Assembly: GCA_022508535.1 (NCBI GenBank)
Contig: JAFLUZ010000004.1
Coordinates: 18,130-82,129 of the forward strand
Length of the DNA stretch: 64,000 bases
Origin: Erysipelotrichales bacterium
GTDB taxonomy: Bacteria; Bacillota_I; Bacilli_A; RFN20; CAG-826
Direction: 5' to 3'
Position numbers and translations under genes: made by a program. Position 1 is the stretch's first letter; the number at the start of each line of letters is the position of its first letter. The notes below the pieces were generated by a model. The model searched no databases. It was not told the origin of the DNA and saw nothing but the letters and a program-made list of their open reading frames with translations. Below are positions 21,248-31,387 of this stretch, one piece after another.

Positions 21248-23518
21248 ATGAAAAAAAACATTATTAAATCATTTGTATTAATAAGTATGTTGTCAATTTG
21301 TGCATTATTAAATATTAATTTTAATAATGCTTATGTTTTGGCGGAAAATGTTGATGCTAGATTAGAATACTATAATCTTAATGGTGTAAATAGTGAGTAT
21401 TTAGATGATATTAATGGTGCATTTGGAATCGACTTACAAAATGGATTATCTATTTTAATGTCGGCAACCCAAACTAAAATAACATCATATGATGAATTGA
21501 AAAGAGAAACAATAAATACTGATGCTGATCCAATGAATAGCAATAATATTATTACTTTATACGCTAGAGATTCAATATCTGGAGTTTGGGATTCTTCTTT
21601 ATGGAATCGTGAACATGTTTGGTGTAAAAGCTTATCCAATGGATTATACACCTCAGTTGCTGAATCACATCGAAATGCAGGTACAGATATTCATCATTTA
21701 AGACCAGCATATGTGACTTATAATTCATCAAGACAAGATAGACCATATGGCATAGTTGATAAAAATAGTGCGGACACAAAAGAATTAGGCAATACAGGAA
21801 ACTTTGCAATGCCTGGGATTTTCGAACCACGCGATGATATTAAAGGTGATGTGGCGAGAATTTTAATGTATGTCTATACTCGATATAGTAGTAATTTATC
21901 TTCAACAAATGGTGAATTGGGTCAAAGAGGAGAACTTAGGATTACTGATATTGTAAAAACTAGTTCAAATAGTGAAGTAGATGCCTGGGATTTATTAATA
22001 AAGTGGAATGAGGATGATCCAGTTGATTATTTAGAAATGCATCGCAACGATGAGGCACAAAAATTACAAGGTAATCGAAATGTTTTTATTGACCATCCAG
22101 AATTTGCAAAAATGTGTTTTGGATCTTATCAAGGAGAAGGAGCATTAGTTGATTTAAATAATACATATGATGAAAATAAAATCAGTTATCTTGGTATTAA
22201 TAATCGTAATTTAACATTAATTGCAGGGAGAAGTGAAAGTTTTATTGCTAAGACTTTTCCTGAAAATATAGCTGCACCTACTATTAAGTGGAAGTCATTT
22301 GATAATAGCATTGTTACTATTAATTCTTCAGGTAAAGCTGTAGCAATTAATGAAGGCAATACAGTAATAGAAGCATATGTTGTTGATAGCGTGGGTGCTG
22401 CTGATACATCAAGTAAAAAGGTAGATAATGTTTTGTTATCAGTAAAATGTAATGTTGAAGTAGTTAATTCAAAACTAATATATAGATATGATGGTAATGC
22501 ATTAAGCACTACTAGTACTTATAATTCTAATATTAAATCAGAATTTACAAGTAATAATATTACGATGGAAGTAATGGCTAGTTATGGTTCAGCAAATAAT
22601 GGCAATTTATGGTTGGGCACTAATAACAACCAAAATCATATGGATAAAAGTAAAATTGCTAAGGATAGTCCAATCGGAGTTGCGTTAACTCCTAAAATCA
22701 GTGCGGACAGAAAAGGTGCAGTCTTATATTTTAATGGAGAATTAGATAACGTAGGAAAAGTTACTTTCCAACAACTCGGAGGGCAAAGTGGCACTTATAT
22801 TTATCTTCTTTACTCAATAGATTTTGGTGATACCTACCAACAAATTGGTGAAAGACTAAATATTGGTGGAAGTACTGAAATGATAACATTTAATTTTGAT
22901 ACAATCGAAAGAGCAAGATATGCAATTGCACTTACTACTGCAGATGATTCAAGATATTATGTTCAATCTAAAAAGCCATCAGTCACGTTTTATTCGGAAG
23001 AAGTTACTGGAGATGAACTAGTAGATGATTTATTAAATAATTTTGATGTGAATGATCTTGATAATAGCATTTATCAAGCAACTTTAATAACTAATGCAAA
23101 TGATAAATATATAACACTTACGGAAAGTGAAAAGAATAATATATCAAAGAATAATATTGCTAAATTAGAATCACTTTCCAATGAGCAACTTCAAGGATAT
23201 AGTTTTATTTATTGTTATTGGAGTAAAACAATTAATGAATTATCGCAAGCTGAAATTGATGAAATTGTTGAGGCTTTTAATAATTTGCCAGAAGATGGAA
23301 AAGCGTTTGTTTCAAAAATGAAAAACGTCACAATGGAATATGATGATATTATAACTATTGGAGATGCTATTAAACAATTTGATAAAGATGACAACAATGA
23401 TACTCAACAAGACCCGGATATTCCTAGCAATAATTATTTATGGGCTATTGTAGGAGTTGGAATTGGGGTAATAATAATTGCTATTGCACTGATATTTATT
23501 TTAAAAAGAAAACATTAA
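21248..23518 (+). CDS. membrane-anchored extracellular nuclease: Endonuclease-I family domain plus Big_2 plus an unnamed domain (domain Y) plus a C-terminal TM anchor
   Basis: Signal peptide. NREHVWCKS and GTDIHHLRPAYVTYNSSRQDRPYG match the Endonuclease_1 (EndA/Vvn-like) catalytic motifs. Big_2-like segment at 331-400. Domain Y spans about 408-575. The C-terminus LWAIVGVGIGVIIIAIALIFILKRKH is a hydrophobic anchor followed by basic residues. Confidence 0.7.
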   Translation: MKKNIIKSFVLISMLSICALLNINFNNAYVLAENVDARLEYYNLNGVNSEYLDDINGAFGIDLQNGLSILMSATQTKITSYDELKRETINTDADPMNSNNIITLYARDSISGVWDSSLWNREHVWCKSLSNGLYTSVAESHRNAGTDIHHLRPAYVTYNSSRQDRPYGIVDKNSADTKELGNTGNFAMPGIFEPRDDIKGDVARILMYVYTRYSSNLSSTNGELGQRGELRITDIVKTSSNSEVDAWDLLIKWNEDDPVDYLEMHRNDEAQKLQGNRNVFIDHPEFAKMCFGSYQGEGALVDLNNTYDENKISYLGINNRNLTLIAGRSESFIAKTFPENIAAPTIKWKSFDNSIVTINSSGKAVAINEGNTVIEAYVVDSVGAADTSSKKVDNVLLSVKCNVEVVNSKLIYRYDGNALSTTSTYNSNIKSEFTSNNITMEVMASYGSANNGNLWLGTNNNQNHMDKSKIAKDSPIGVALTPKISADRKGAVLYFNGELDNVGKVTFQQLGGQSGTYIYLLYSIDFGDTYQQIGERLNIGGSTEMITFNFDTIERARYAIALTTADDSRYYVQSKKPSVTFYSEEVTGDELVDDLLNNFDVNDLDNSIYQATLITNANDKYITLTESEKNNISKNNIAKLESLSNEQLQGYSFIYCYWSKTINELSQAEIDEIVEAFNNLPEDGKAFVSKMKNVTMEYDDIITIGDAIKQFDKDDNNDTQQDPDIPSNNYLWAIVGVGIGVIIIAIALIFILKRKH

Positions 23519-23545
23519 AAAATTAGAAAGGTGGATCTATAAATC

Positions 23546-25987
23546 GTGGACACTAAAAAGTTTAGAATACAAAAGATATACGATAAAGCAATAATATGCT
23601 TTACTTTTGTCTTGCTTCTATATCTTTTACTATCTACGATTTCTTATAATAATACAAATATTATTAATGCTATTATTGAAAATGCTCTTATTGTAAGAAT
23701 ATTGAACGCAACATTTACAGGAGTTATTGGACTTTTTACCGTTGGTTGGCTTATCTTAAATAAAGAACATTTTAAATTATTGCCGACAATTGTATTTGTT
23801 AGTTTATTAGGCATATATATTATTTATTATTCTATATTAGGTGGTGTCAGTCAAACACCATTGAATGAAACTCTTAGTAACATAAAAAACGTATTAGTGA
23901 TTATAGTGAATATGTATTTTGTGCTATTTGTTTTATCTAAAATAATTAAACTCAAACATATAAAGATAATTTATTTTGGATTACTTTTTCTGATTTTGTT
24001 TTCATTTTCCTATGTAATAATTATTGATTATCATAATATTATTGATATATTATCGAATAGGCAAATATATGATTTTTCCGATTTGTCACCATTTTTAAAT
24101 AAAAATTTAATTGGTGCTTTTGTTTTCCTTTCTGCTTTAATGTCTTATTATCTTTATTCGTTTGAAAAGAAAAAAAGGTACATTTTATTATATATAATTT
24201 TATTCGTACCAAATATTATGAGTTTATGTAAAACCTCTATTATATGCATGATTTTACTAACAATTATTATATTGTGTTATTTTAAAAATAAATCAATAAA
24301 AAGAATACTTTTCCGTATATTTTTGATAACTTTAATATTAGTGTCTGTTATTTTTATAGTATTAATTTTGTTTGAAGTAATAAAACCTATTGGATTTGAA
24401 TCATTAGTGACGAAATTACGTTTTTCTTTTTTCAAAACAATTGCGGTTAGATTTGCTTTGTTTACAAAATCTGTGTATTTGTTAAATTATAAAAATGTAT
24501 GGCTTGGTAATGGATATGCATCTAGCTTAGTGTATTTAAATAAAATTGAAGGTGTCTATTTTCATAATAGTTACGTCTATTTATTAAATACAGGTGGTAT
24601 TGTTTTAACTATTTTATTTATATATGTTTTTTATCGAATTATTGCCAATTTGCGGACGATAAAAAAATTTAATCATTATTTATATTTTTCATTATTTGCA
24701 ATAGTTTTGATATATGTGTTTTATGCGATGTTTGAAAATTTAGCATTTTTCTCATTTACATTCATTTCTTGCATATTTACTATATGCCTTGTAATAACTC
24801 CAGAAATATTTGTAAACAACCTAAAAATTCGTGAAAAAGAAGAAAAAGTTTATAAAGAGATAGCATTTATTACAACTATTTATCCTACCAAAAACAAAAA
24901 ATGGTATGGCATTTATTTGAAGTACATTGCGAAATCATTAAAGATATTAGGACATAAACTTAATGTAATATATATTCATGAAGGGGACGGAGATGTTCAC
25001 AATTCTATTTATGATGGCATAACAATTACGCATATTTATTATAAACCTTCTTTTGCGCATAAATTAATGATATCTAAGGGATTTAAATTTAAGAGCGATT
25101 TCGAGTATATAATTAAAAAATATCATTTTGATGATGCAATAATACATTTTTATCCACCGGCTTTCCAAAACTTTATGATTAAGACATTAAAAGAAGATGG
25201 AGTAAAAGTTCTCCATTATCTCCATTCTAGAAATATTTGGCGAAGAGTAGAGGAAAAGCGTCCAATATTTAGAAAGCTATATTATAATCGTTTTTATAAG
25301 AGTGCTTATAAAAAGTGTGATACAATTATTTGTGTTTCTAAACTTGTAGAAGATGACTTTAAAGTCAAATTAAAGAATGTACATACTCAAGTGGTATATA
25401 ATGGTGTGGATAATATTTTCTTTAATGATACAAAAAATATTAAGACCATGGATGATAAGCAAATTAAATTAATTTCAGTGGGAAATTTATATTCAATAAA
25501 AGGTCATGAATATGTCTTAAAAGCACTTAGTACTTTAGTTGATAAACATAAAGATCTTAAATTCGAATATTTGATTATAGGATCAGGTGAACAAAAAAAT
25601 CGCTTGAGGCAAATTGTTAAAGAGAGCAAGTTAAGTCATGTTGTAAAGTTTGTTAAAGAAATGCCACAAGAGAAAATAAAGCAAAGTCTCTTAAATTATG
25701 ATATATTTATTTTACCATCCTATTATGAAGCATTGGGATGTTGCTATCTTGAAGCGATGGCGAGTGGTTGCTATACGATTGGATGTAAGCACCAAGGTAT
25801 TTCTGAAATAATAACTCCATGTAATGGATACTTAGTTGACGAATATAGTAGTGATGATATAGTTAACATTGTTGAAGGAATTATTCGCAATTCTAACAAT
25901 AATTCATATATTCGTAGAAACGCAATCAAGACGGCAAAACAATACACATGGATGAACTGTGCAATAGAATTATCAAAATATTTGTAA
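23546..25987 (+). CDS. fusion protein: an N-terminal polytopic membrane domain (Wzy/O-antigen-ligase-like, about 420 aa) joined to a C-terminal GT4 glycosyltransferase
   Basis: At least 11 TM helices, then a soluble domain with the GT4 hallmark ...YEALGCCYLEAMASGCYTIGCKHQGISEII (E-x7-E). The GTG start follows the RBS AAAGGTGG. Confidence 0.65.
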   Translation: MDTKKFRIQKIYDKAIICFTFVLLLYLLLSTISYNNTNIINAIIENALIVRILNATFTGVIGLFTVGWLILNKEHFKLLPTIVFVSLLGIYIIYYSILGGVSQTPLNETLSNIKNVLVIIVNMYFVLFVLSKIIKLKHIKIIYFGLLFLILFSFSYVIIIDYHNIIDILSNRQIYDFSDLSPFLNKNLIGAFVFLSALMSYYLYSFEKKKRYILLYIILFVPNIMSLCKTSIICMILLTIIILCYFKNKSIKRILFRIFLITLILVSVIFIVLILFEVIKPIGFESLVTKLRFSFFKTIAVRFALFTKSVYLLNYKNVWLGNGYASSLVYLNKIEGVYFHNSYVYLLNTGGIVLTILFIYVFYRIIANLRTIKKFNHYLYFSLFAIVLIYVFYAMFENLAFFSFTFISCIFTICLVITPEIFVNNLKIREKEEKVYKEIAFITTIYPTKNKKWYGIYLKYIAKSLKILGHKLNVIYIHEGDGDVHNSIYDGITITHIYYKPSFAHKLMISKGFKFKSDFEYIIKKYHFDDAIIHFYPPAFQNFMIKTLKEDGVKVLHYLHSRNIWRRVEEKRPIFRKLYYNRFYKSAYKKCDTIICVSKLVEDDFKVKLKNVHTQVVYNGVDNIFFNDTKNIKTMDDKQIKLISVGNLYSIKGHEYVLKALSTLVDKHKDLKFEYLIIGSGEQKNRLRQIVKESKLSHVVKFVKEMPQEKIKQSLLNYDIFILPSYYEALGCCYLEAMASGCYTIGCKHQGISEIITPCNGYLVDEYSSDDIVNIVEGIIRNSNNNSYIRRNAIKTAKQYTWMNCAIELSKYL

Positions 25988-25999
25988 GGGAGAAAAATT

Positions 26000-26929
26000 A
26001 TGAACACAAAATATTCAATTCTCGTACCAGCATACAACGAACAAGAAGTTTTAAAAATCTTTTATGATACTGCAACAAAGCAATTTGATACTTTAAAAGA
26101 AGATTATGAAATAATATTTGTAAATGATGGTAGTAAAGACAATACGTATTCAATTCTGAAAGAATTAGCAGAACAAGATAAGCGAATTAAAGTAATTAAC
26201 TTTTCACGAAATTTTGGTCAACAAGCTGCGGAGCTTGCTGCATTACAATATGCGACAGGTGAAGCAATAATTATTATGGATTGTGATTTGCAAGATCCAC
26301 CTGAAGTAGCCTTACAAATGATTGAGAAATGGAAAGAAGGCTATGATGTTGTTCACGGAAAACGCAAAAAAAGACAAAGCGAGACAGCATTTAAAAAATT
26401 AACAGCCCATGTTTATTATCGCTTTTTACGAAGAATAACTGGTATGGATATCCCAACAGATACTGGAGAATTTAAATTATATGATCGCAAAGTTGTTGAA
26501 GCAATTTTGAAGTTGCCAGAACATAATAGATATTTAAGAGCTTTGGCCACTTGGGTTGGATTTAAACAAACATCTATATCTTTTGATCGTCCAAATAGAA
26601 GTGCTGGTGTCACAAAATGGACTTTAAAAAAGATGATAAAACTTGCTGAAGATGGAATTATTGCCAATAGTGCTTATCCTCTTGCTTTAGCGTTAAAATG
26701 TGGTATATTTTTGTCCTTTGCTTCTTTACTTACATTTATCGTATTTATAATTTTGGCAATTGTTGGTACAAGTCTTTCATTGGTTGCTTGGCTATTTCCA
26801 ACAGTTGGCCTATTAGCGGGCATTATATTAGTAATGCAAGGATTCTCTAATTTATATATCGGTCGAGTTTATGATGAAGTGAAAGGACGTCCTAACTATA
26901 TTGTTAGTGAGACAATTAATATTGAATAA
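26000..26929 (+). CDS. GT2 polyprenyl-phosphate glycosyltransferase (GtrB/ArnC/DPM1-like) with a C-terminal 2-TM anchor
   Basis: SILVPAYNEQEV...FVNDGSKDNT...INFSRNFGQQAA...MDCDLQDPPE, then two C-terminal hydrophobic helices. Confidence 0.8.
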   Translation: MNTKYSILVPAYNEQEVLKIFYDTATKQFDTLKEDYEIIFVNDGSKDNTYSILKELAEQDKRIKVINFSRNFGQQAAELAALQYATGEAIIIMDCDLQDPPEVALQMIEKWKEGYDVVHGKRKKRQSETAFKKLTAHVYYRFLRRITGMDIPTDTGEFKLYDRKVVEAILKLPEHNRYLRALATWVGFKQTSISFDRPNRSAGVTKWTLKKMIKLAEDGIIANSAYPLALALKCGIFLSFASLLTFIVFIILAIVGTSLSLVAWLFPTVGLLAGIILVMQGFSNLYIGRVYDEVKGRPNYIVSETINIE

Positions 26930-27933
26930 TGAAAGTATTACTTTATTTTGAAAAAGAAAAAGCGCTTCGTCAAAGTGGCATTGGCAGAGCACTTCGTCAT
27001 CAAAAGCAAGCTTTAGAGGCTAATGGCGTTGATTATACATTAGATCCTAAAGATTCTTTTGATATTGCACATATTAACACAAATTTCTTTGAATCATATC
27101 GCCTTCTCAAAAGATGTAAAAAAGAAGGGAAAAAAGTAATTGTGCACGGACATTCAACATTTGAAGATTTTCGTAAATCTTTTCGCTGTTGGAAATTAAT
27201 TGAACCATTTTTTGATCGATTAATTATTAGAATGTATAGAAATGCAGATGCGATTATTACTCCTACACAGTATTCGAAACATCTAATTGAAAACTATAAA
27301 GGAGTAACTTGCCCTGTTTATAGTTTAAGTAACGGAATTAACCTGCCAGATTATGCTTATTCTGGTAAGAAAGTGAAACAATTCCGCAATTATTTTAAAT
27401 TAAAGCCACAAGAAAAAGTAGTGATTGGTGTTGGTCTATTTTTTGAAAGAAAAGGAATACTTGATTTCTTTGAAATTGCACGTCAAATGCCTGATGTTAA
27501 ATTTATTTGGTTTGGGCACTTAAGTAAGATTATGACACAAGGGAAGATTTTAAGAGCCATTAAAAAAAGACCTTCCAATGTTATAATGCCTGGATATATT
27601 GATGGGGATATTATAAAAGGAGCATTTAGTAATGCAAATCTTGTTTTATTTCCAACTCTAGAAGAAACTGAAGGAATTGTAGTATTAGAAGCACTTGCAA
27701 GTAAAACACCTGTTTTAGTAAGAGATATTCCGGTATTCGATGGATGGTTAGAGGATAATGTCAATTGTCTAAAAGCAAAAGATAATGATGAATTTATTAA
27801 AAAGATAAACTACGCTTTATATAATGATTTAAGTAACATTATTGAAAATGGTTATAAAACTGTCACGGAGCGTGAGATTGCGCTTGTTGGTAAAGAACTT
27901 GTAAATATCTATCATGAAGTTTTAAAAAATTAA
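26929..27933 (+). CDS. GT4 family glycosyltransferase, possibly a glycolipid or teichoic-type glycosyl-DAG synthase-like enzyme
   Basis: The N-terminus MKVLLYFEKEKALRQSGIGRALRHQKQALEANGV is followed by the C-terminal GT4 EX7E region (...FPTLEETEGIVVLEALASKTPVLV). It overlaps the upstream gene at ATGA. Confidence 0.65.
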   Translation: MKVLLYFEKEKALRQSGIGRALRHQKQALEANGVDYTLDPKDSFDIAHINTNFFESYRLLKRCKKEGKKVIVHGHSTFEDFRKSFRCWKLIEPFFDRLIIRMYRNADAIITPTQYSKHLIENYKGVTCPVYSLSNGINLPDYAYSGKKVKQFRNYFKLKPQEKVVIGVGLFFERKGILDFFEIARQMPDVKFIWFGHLSKIMTQGKILRAIKKRPSNVIMPGYIDGDIIKGAFSNANLVLFPTLEETEGIVVLEALASKTPVLVRDIPVFDGWLEDNVNCLKAKDNDEFIKKINYALYNDLSNIIENGYKTVTEREIALVGKELVNIYHEVLKN

Positions 27934-28737
27934 AACCAATATTCCAACAATTAAGCAATAAAGGGAAAAATAATATAGTTTCCCTTTTTTTATTATTTTT
28001 AGAAGTAATTTTAAGGAAATATAAGTAACAACCATACTTATAATTGCGCCAATGACATTTAAAATAATTTCTTGCTCTGTAAGTATTAATTTTCCAGTGC
28101 ATAATTCAATTATTTCTAAAAGACCTGTTCCAAGTGCAACAGGAATAAAAAGTAAAAAAGAATAATTAATTGCGTCCTCGTCTTTAAGTTTTGATACCTT
28201 ACCGCCAATTGTTGTTATTCCACTTCGAGAAATTCCAGGCATTATTCCTATTGCCTGAAATATACCAATAGTAAGAGCATCTTTAAACTTTATATCATCA
28301 ATTGATTTGGTTCCTTTATTTCTTGTTAAAAGAAGAAGCAGTATTGCAGTTATAATTAAGTTAATGCCAATAAACAATGTAGTAGAGAATATTTCTTCAA
28401 TTTTGCTTTTAAATATTAGTCCTAATATACCAGCTGGTAAAATTGATATTAGCATCATTAAAATTAGATGCCATGAATTTTTGCCTTCACTTGATTTGTC
28501 TTTTTTTAAAACATATTTAAAGGCATTAGATCCCATGACCTTTAAAGTGGAGAAGTAGAATATAATAACTGCGATTAAAGATCCAATATGCAAAAAAATC
28601 GATGTGGACATATTGCTTATGTCTAAACCTAATAATTTTTGAGAAATAATTAAATGACCAGAAGAAGAAATAGGAAGTATTTCACTTATTCCTTGGATAA
28701 TTGCAAGGAGTATATATTTCAATAAATTAATGAGCAT
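27922..28737 (-). CDS. uppP: undecaprenyl-diphosphate phosphatase
   Basis: MLINLLKYILLAIIQGISEILPISSSGHLII and ...GISRSGITTIGG are the BacA/UppP signature regions. Confidence 0.85.
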   Translation of the reverse strand: MLINLLKYILLAIIQGISEILPISSSGHLIISQKLLGLDISNMSTSIFLHIGSLIAVIIFYFSTLKVMGSNAFKYVLKKDKSSEGKNSWHLILMMLISILPAGILGLIFKSKIEEIFSTTLFIGINLIITAILLLLLTRNKGTKSIDDIKFKDALTIGIFQAIGIMPGISRSGITTIGGKVSKLKDEDAINYSFLLFIPVALGTGLLEIIELCTGKLILTEQEIILNVIGAIISMVVTYISLKLLLKIIKKGKLYYFSLYCLIVGILVLIF

Positions 28738-28887
28738 AAAATCACCTGACTAATAAAGTCTATGGTTTTTGTTACAAAATAATGATTTTTATTTTTACAT
28801 AATGAATAAAGAAAATGCTTAAACAAATTAAACATTGTTAATATATCAATATTTTGATATATTATTTAATAAAGATAGGTGATTAAA

Positions 28888-29790
28888 ATGGCATTTGAAG
28901 TATTTGAAATGACTTTTAAAGATGAAACAATAAGAAAAGGAATAGCGTGGCCTATTAAAAACGCTAAAGCAAATATAGTAATTGCAACAGGCATGGAAGA
29001 ACATGCACGTCGTTATGATGAGTTTGCAACTTTTTTAAATGAACAAGGGTATTCTGTTTATGCTTTAGATCATTATGGACAAGGCGAAAATGCTGATAAC
29101 CCTGAAGAATTAGGAACATGGGAGAAATCCGGGTTTAGAAAAACTGTTAATTATCTTGATGAATTGGTGTCAAAACTTAGAATTACTTGTAAACCAACTA
29201 TAATTATGGGTCATTCTATGGGATCATTTATTGTTCAAGATTATATTCAAAGATATTCCAATCATGTGGTTAAAGCAATTATTTGTGGTTCTTGTGGTAA
29301 ACAATTTGAATTTGCTCTTGCGGATAGATTATCAAGAATATTTGTTAATAAAAAGAATTACAATAAAAAATCAAAAGTTTTCCATAAATTAGCATTTGGT
29401 GGCTATAACAAAAACATCAAAAATCCTCGAACACCATTTGATTGGTTATCAGTAAACGAAGAAAATGTTGATCGCTATATTGAAGATCCTAAATGTGGAT
29501 ATGGATCTACTTGTGGTTTCTATAAAGAATTCTTTAAAGGTTTAAATCGCTTAAATGTTCCACGCTTTTTAGCGAAAATTAGAAAAGATTTGCCTATTCT
29601 TTTAATAGCGGGTGAAAATGACCCAGTAGGAAAATATGGAAAAGGTGTTTCTAAATTAGCAAAAACATATGAAAAGTATGGAATTAAGAATGTTGAAACA
29701 ATCCTATATCCAAATATGAGACATGAGATTCTAAACGAGACTGAAAAAGGAAAAGTTTACGAAGATATTTTAAAATTTATTGAAAATTAA
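28888..29790 (+). CDS. alpha/beta hydrolase (lysophospholipase / monoacylglycerol-lipase-like)
   Basis: GHSMGSFIV is a nucleophile elbow (GxSxG). The C-terminus has NDPVG...H at the acid and histidine positions. The start at ATG 28888 follows the RBS ATAGGTGA. Confidence 0.7.
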   Translation: MAFEVFEMTFKDETIRKGIAWPIKNAKANIVIATGMEEHARRYDEFATFLNEQGYSVYALDHYGQGENADNPEELGTWEKSGFRKTVNYLDELVSKLRITCKPTIIMGHSMGSFIVQDYIQRYSNHVVKAIICGSCGKQFEFALADRLSRIFVNKKNYNKKSKVFHKLAFGGYNKNIKNPRTPFDWLSVNEENVDRYIEDPKCGYGSTCGFYKEFFKGLNRLNVPRFLAKIRKDLPILLIAGENDPVGKYGKGVSKLAKTYEKYGIKNVETILYPNMRHEILNETEKGKVYEDILKFIEN

Positions 29791-29836
29791 CAAACTAGAT
29801 GTATCAATCTAGTTTTTTAAAAGGAAGGTGAAAATA

Positions 29837-31387
29837 ATGAAGAAAAAATCGATAATATTATTGATAATATTTGTTCTATTTAATTGCTTTATTTTCGCCG
29901 AGGCTTTAACACCAGGTGATGCATCTGGTGCTCAAAGCGATAGTATAACAAATGTATTTAATGACTTGCATAATTATGTAGGGAAAGATGAGTTTGAATA
30001 TGTAAAGCCAACTAAAATTGAGATTACAAATAATGATTCTATGTTCGTTGGAGAAACAATTAAACTATCTCCTAAGATTACTCCTAGTAATACTACAAAT
30101 ACTGCCACAATATATGAATCATTAACTCCAGATATTGCTACTGTTGATATGGATGGAAATGTTTATGCCATAAAAAAAGGCGAAGCAACAATTCGTGCTA
30201 AATGTGATGATGATGAAAGTGTATTTGTCGATTTTGTAATTATTATTAATGAACAAGAACAAATATCACCGACTGAAATTAGTTTCCAAAATAGTAGTGC
30301 CAAAATAAAAAATAAAAGAGCTACATATATTCAAGATTTAATTGGTAACATTATATTTTCTCCTGGTGATTGTACAGATCGAAGTGTAAGATATGAGATT
30401 TCTAATAACTATGGTTCAATTAGTGGTGATTACCTAATTTCTAATGAACCTGGTGATTTAATATTGAAAGCAATTTTGAATAGCAATAATAGTATTTATT
30501 GTGAAATGAAAGTTACTATTTTAGATGATGTAGCAACAAAGCCGAAAACTATTACTATTAAAAATATTGGCGATGTATATATAAATAGGTATGCAGAAAT
30601 TGATGTTGAATTTGACAAAGACAATATTGATGATAAAACATTAAACTATATTATCGAAACAGAAGATTTAAAAACTATCGCAAGCTATAATATTAAAAAT
30701 GGGTTAAAAGGAATTAGAGAGGGTAAAGGCACAGTTCAAGCTTGTTCTGTTTATAACAATGAAATTTGCTCAAATAAGATGGAATTTGAAGTGAATAAAG
30801 TATCTTTGGACGATCTTGAAATAAAATATAATGAATCTATTTTAGAGTATTTTAAATCAGGCGAGAAAATAGAATTATCATATGCATTATATCCTAGTGA
30901 TGTCACTTATAAAGATGTTGAATGGTCAGTGAATAGTGATAATGCAAAAATATCGCAAAGTGGATTACTCGTTGCTTTGAAAGAAGGTACAACTACTGTG
31001 ACATTAAAGCATCTTGATTCAGGATTAACAGCAACTCACAAAATAAAGATTTTCAAAGCATCAGCGTTAAACCGTCAACAATTAGATAAGTTAAAGAAAA
31101 ATATAAGAAAATTAATAGGTCATTTTAGCTTGTTTGCTATAGATGGAATTATTGGTTTTTTATTCTTTATGTCTTTAGATATTAAAAAGAGAGATAAGAC
31201 AATCATTATAATAGCTACGGGTATTTTAATTGCGGTAATTGCAGAATTATTGCAATTAATTCCTAAGGGAAGAAGCTGTCAATTTAGCGATATGGTAATT
31301 AATTCCAGTGGCTTTTTGATGGGAATAGCGTTGTCACTTATATTTTTCAAAATAAAATCGCGTATAGAACAAAGGAGGAAGAATTAA
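29837..31387 (+). CDS. secreted protein with multiple Big_2 domains fused to a C-terminal VanZ-like membrane domain
   Basis: Signal peptide, then several roughly 80-aa Ig-like segments (...TIRAKCDDDESVFVDFVII, ...GKGTVQACSVYNNEICSN, ...GTTTVTLKHLDSGLTATHKIKIF). The C-terminus FSLFAIDGIIGFLFF...GRSCQFSDMVINSSGFLMGIALS matches the VanZ family motif. Confidence 0.6.
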   Translation: MKKKSIILLIIFVLFNCFIFAEALTPGDASGAQSDSITNVFNDLHNYVGKDEFEYVKPTKIEITNNDSMFVGETIKLSPKITPSNTTNTATIYESLTPDIATVDMDGNVYAIKKGEATIRAKCDDDESVFVDFVIIINEQEQISPTEISFQNSSAKIKNKRATYIQDLIGNIIFSPGDCTDRSVRYEISNNYGSISGDYLISNEPGDLILKAILNSNNSIYCEMKVTILDDVATKPKTITIKNIGDVYINRYAEIDVEFDKDNIDDKTLNYIIETEDLKTIASYNIKNGLKGIREGKGTVQACSVYNNEICSNKMEFEVNKVSLDDLEIKYNESILEYFKSGEKIELSYALYPSDVTYKDVEWSVNSDNAKISQSGLLVALKEGTTTVTLKHLDSGLTATHKIKIFKASALNRQQLDKLKKNIRKLIGHFSLFAIDGIIGFLFFMSLDIKKRDKTIIIIATGILIAVIAELLQLIPKGRSCQFSDMVINSSGFLMGIALSLIFFKIKSRIEQRRKN

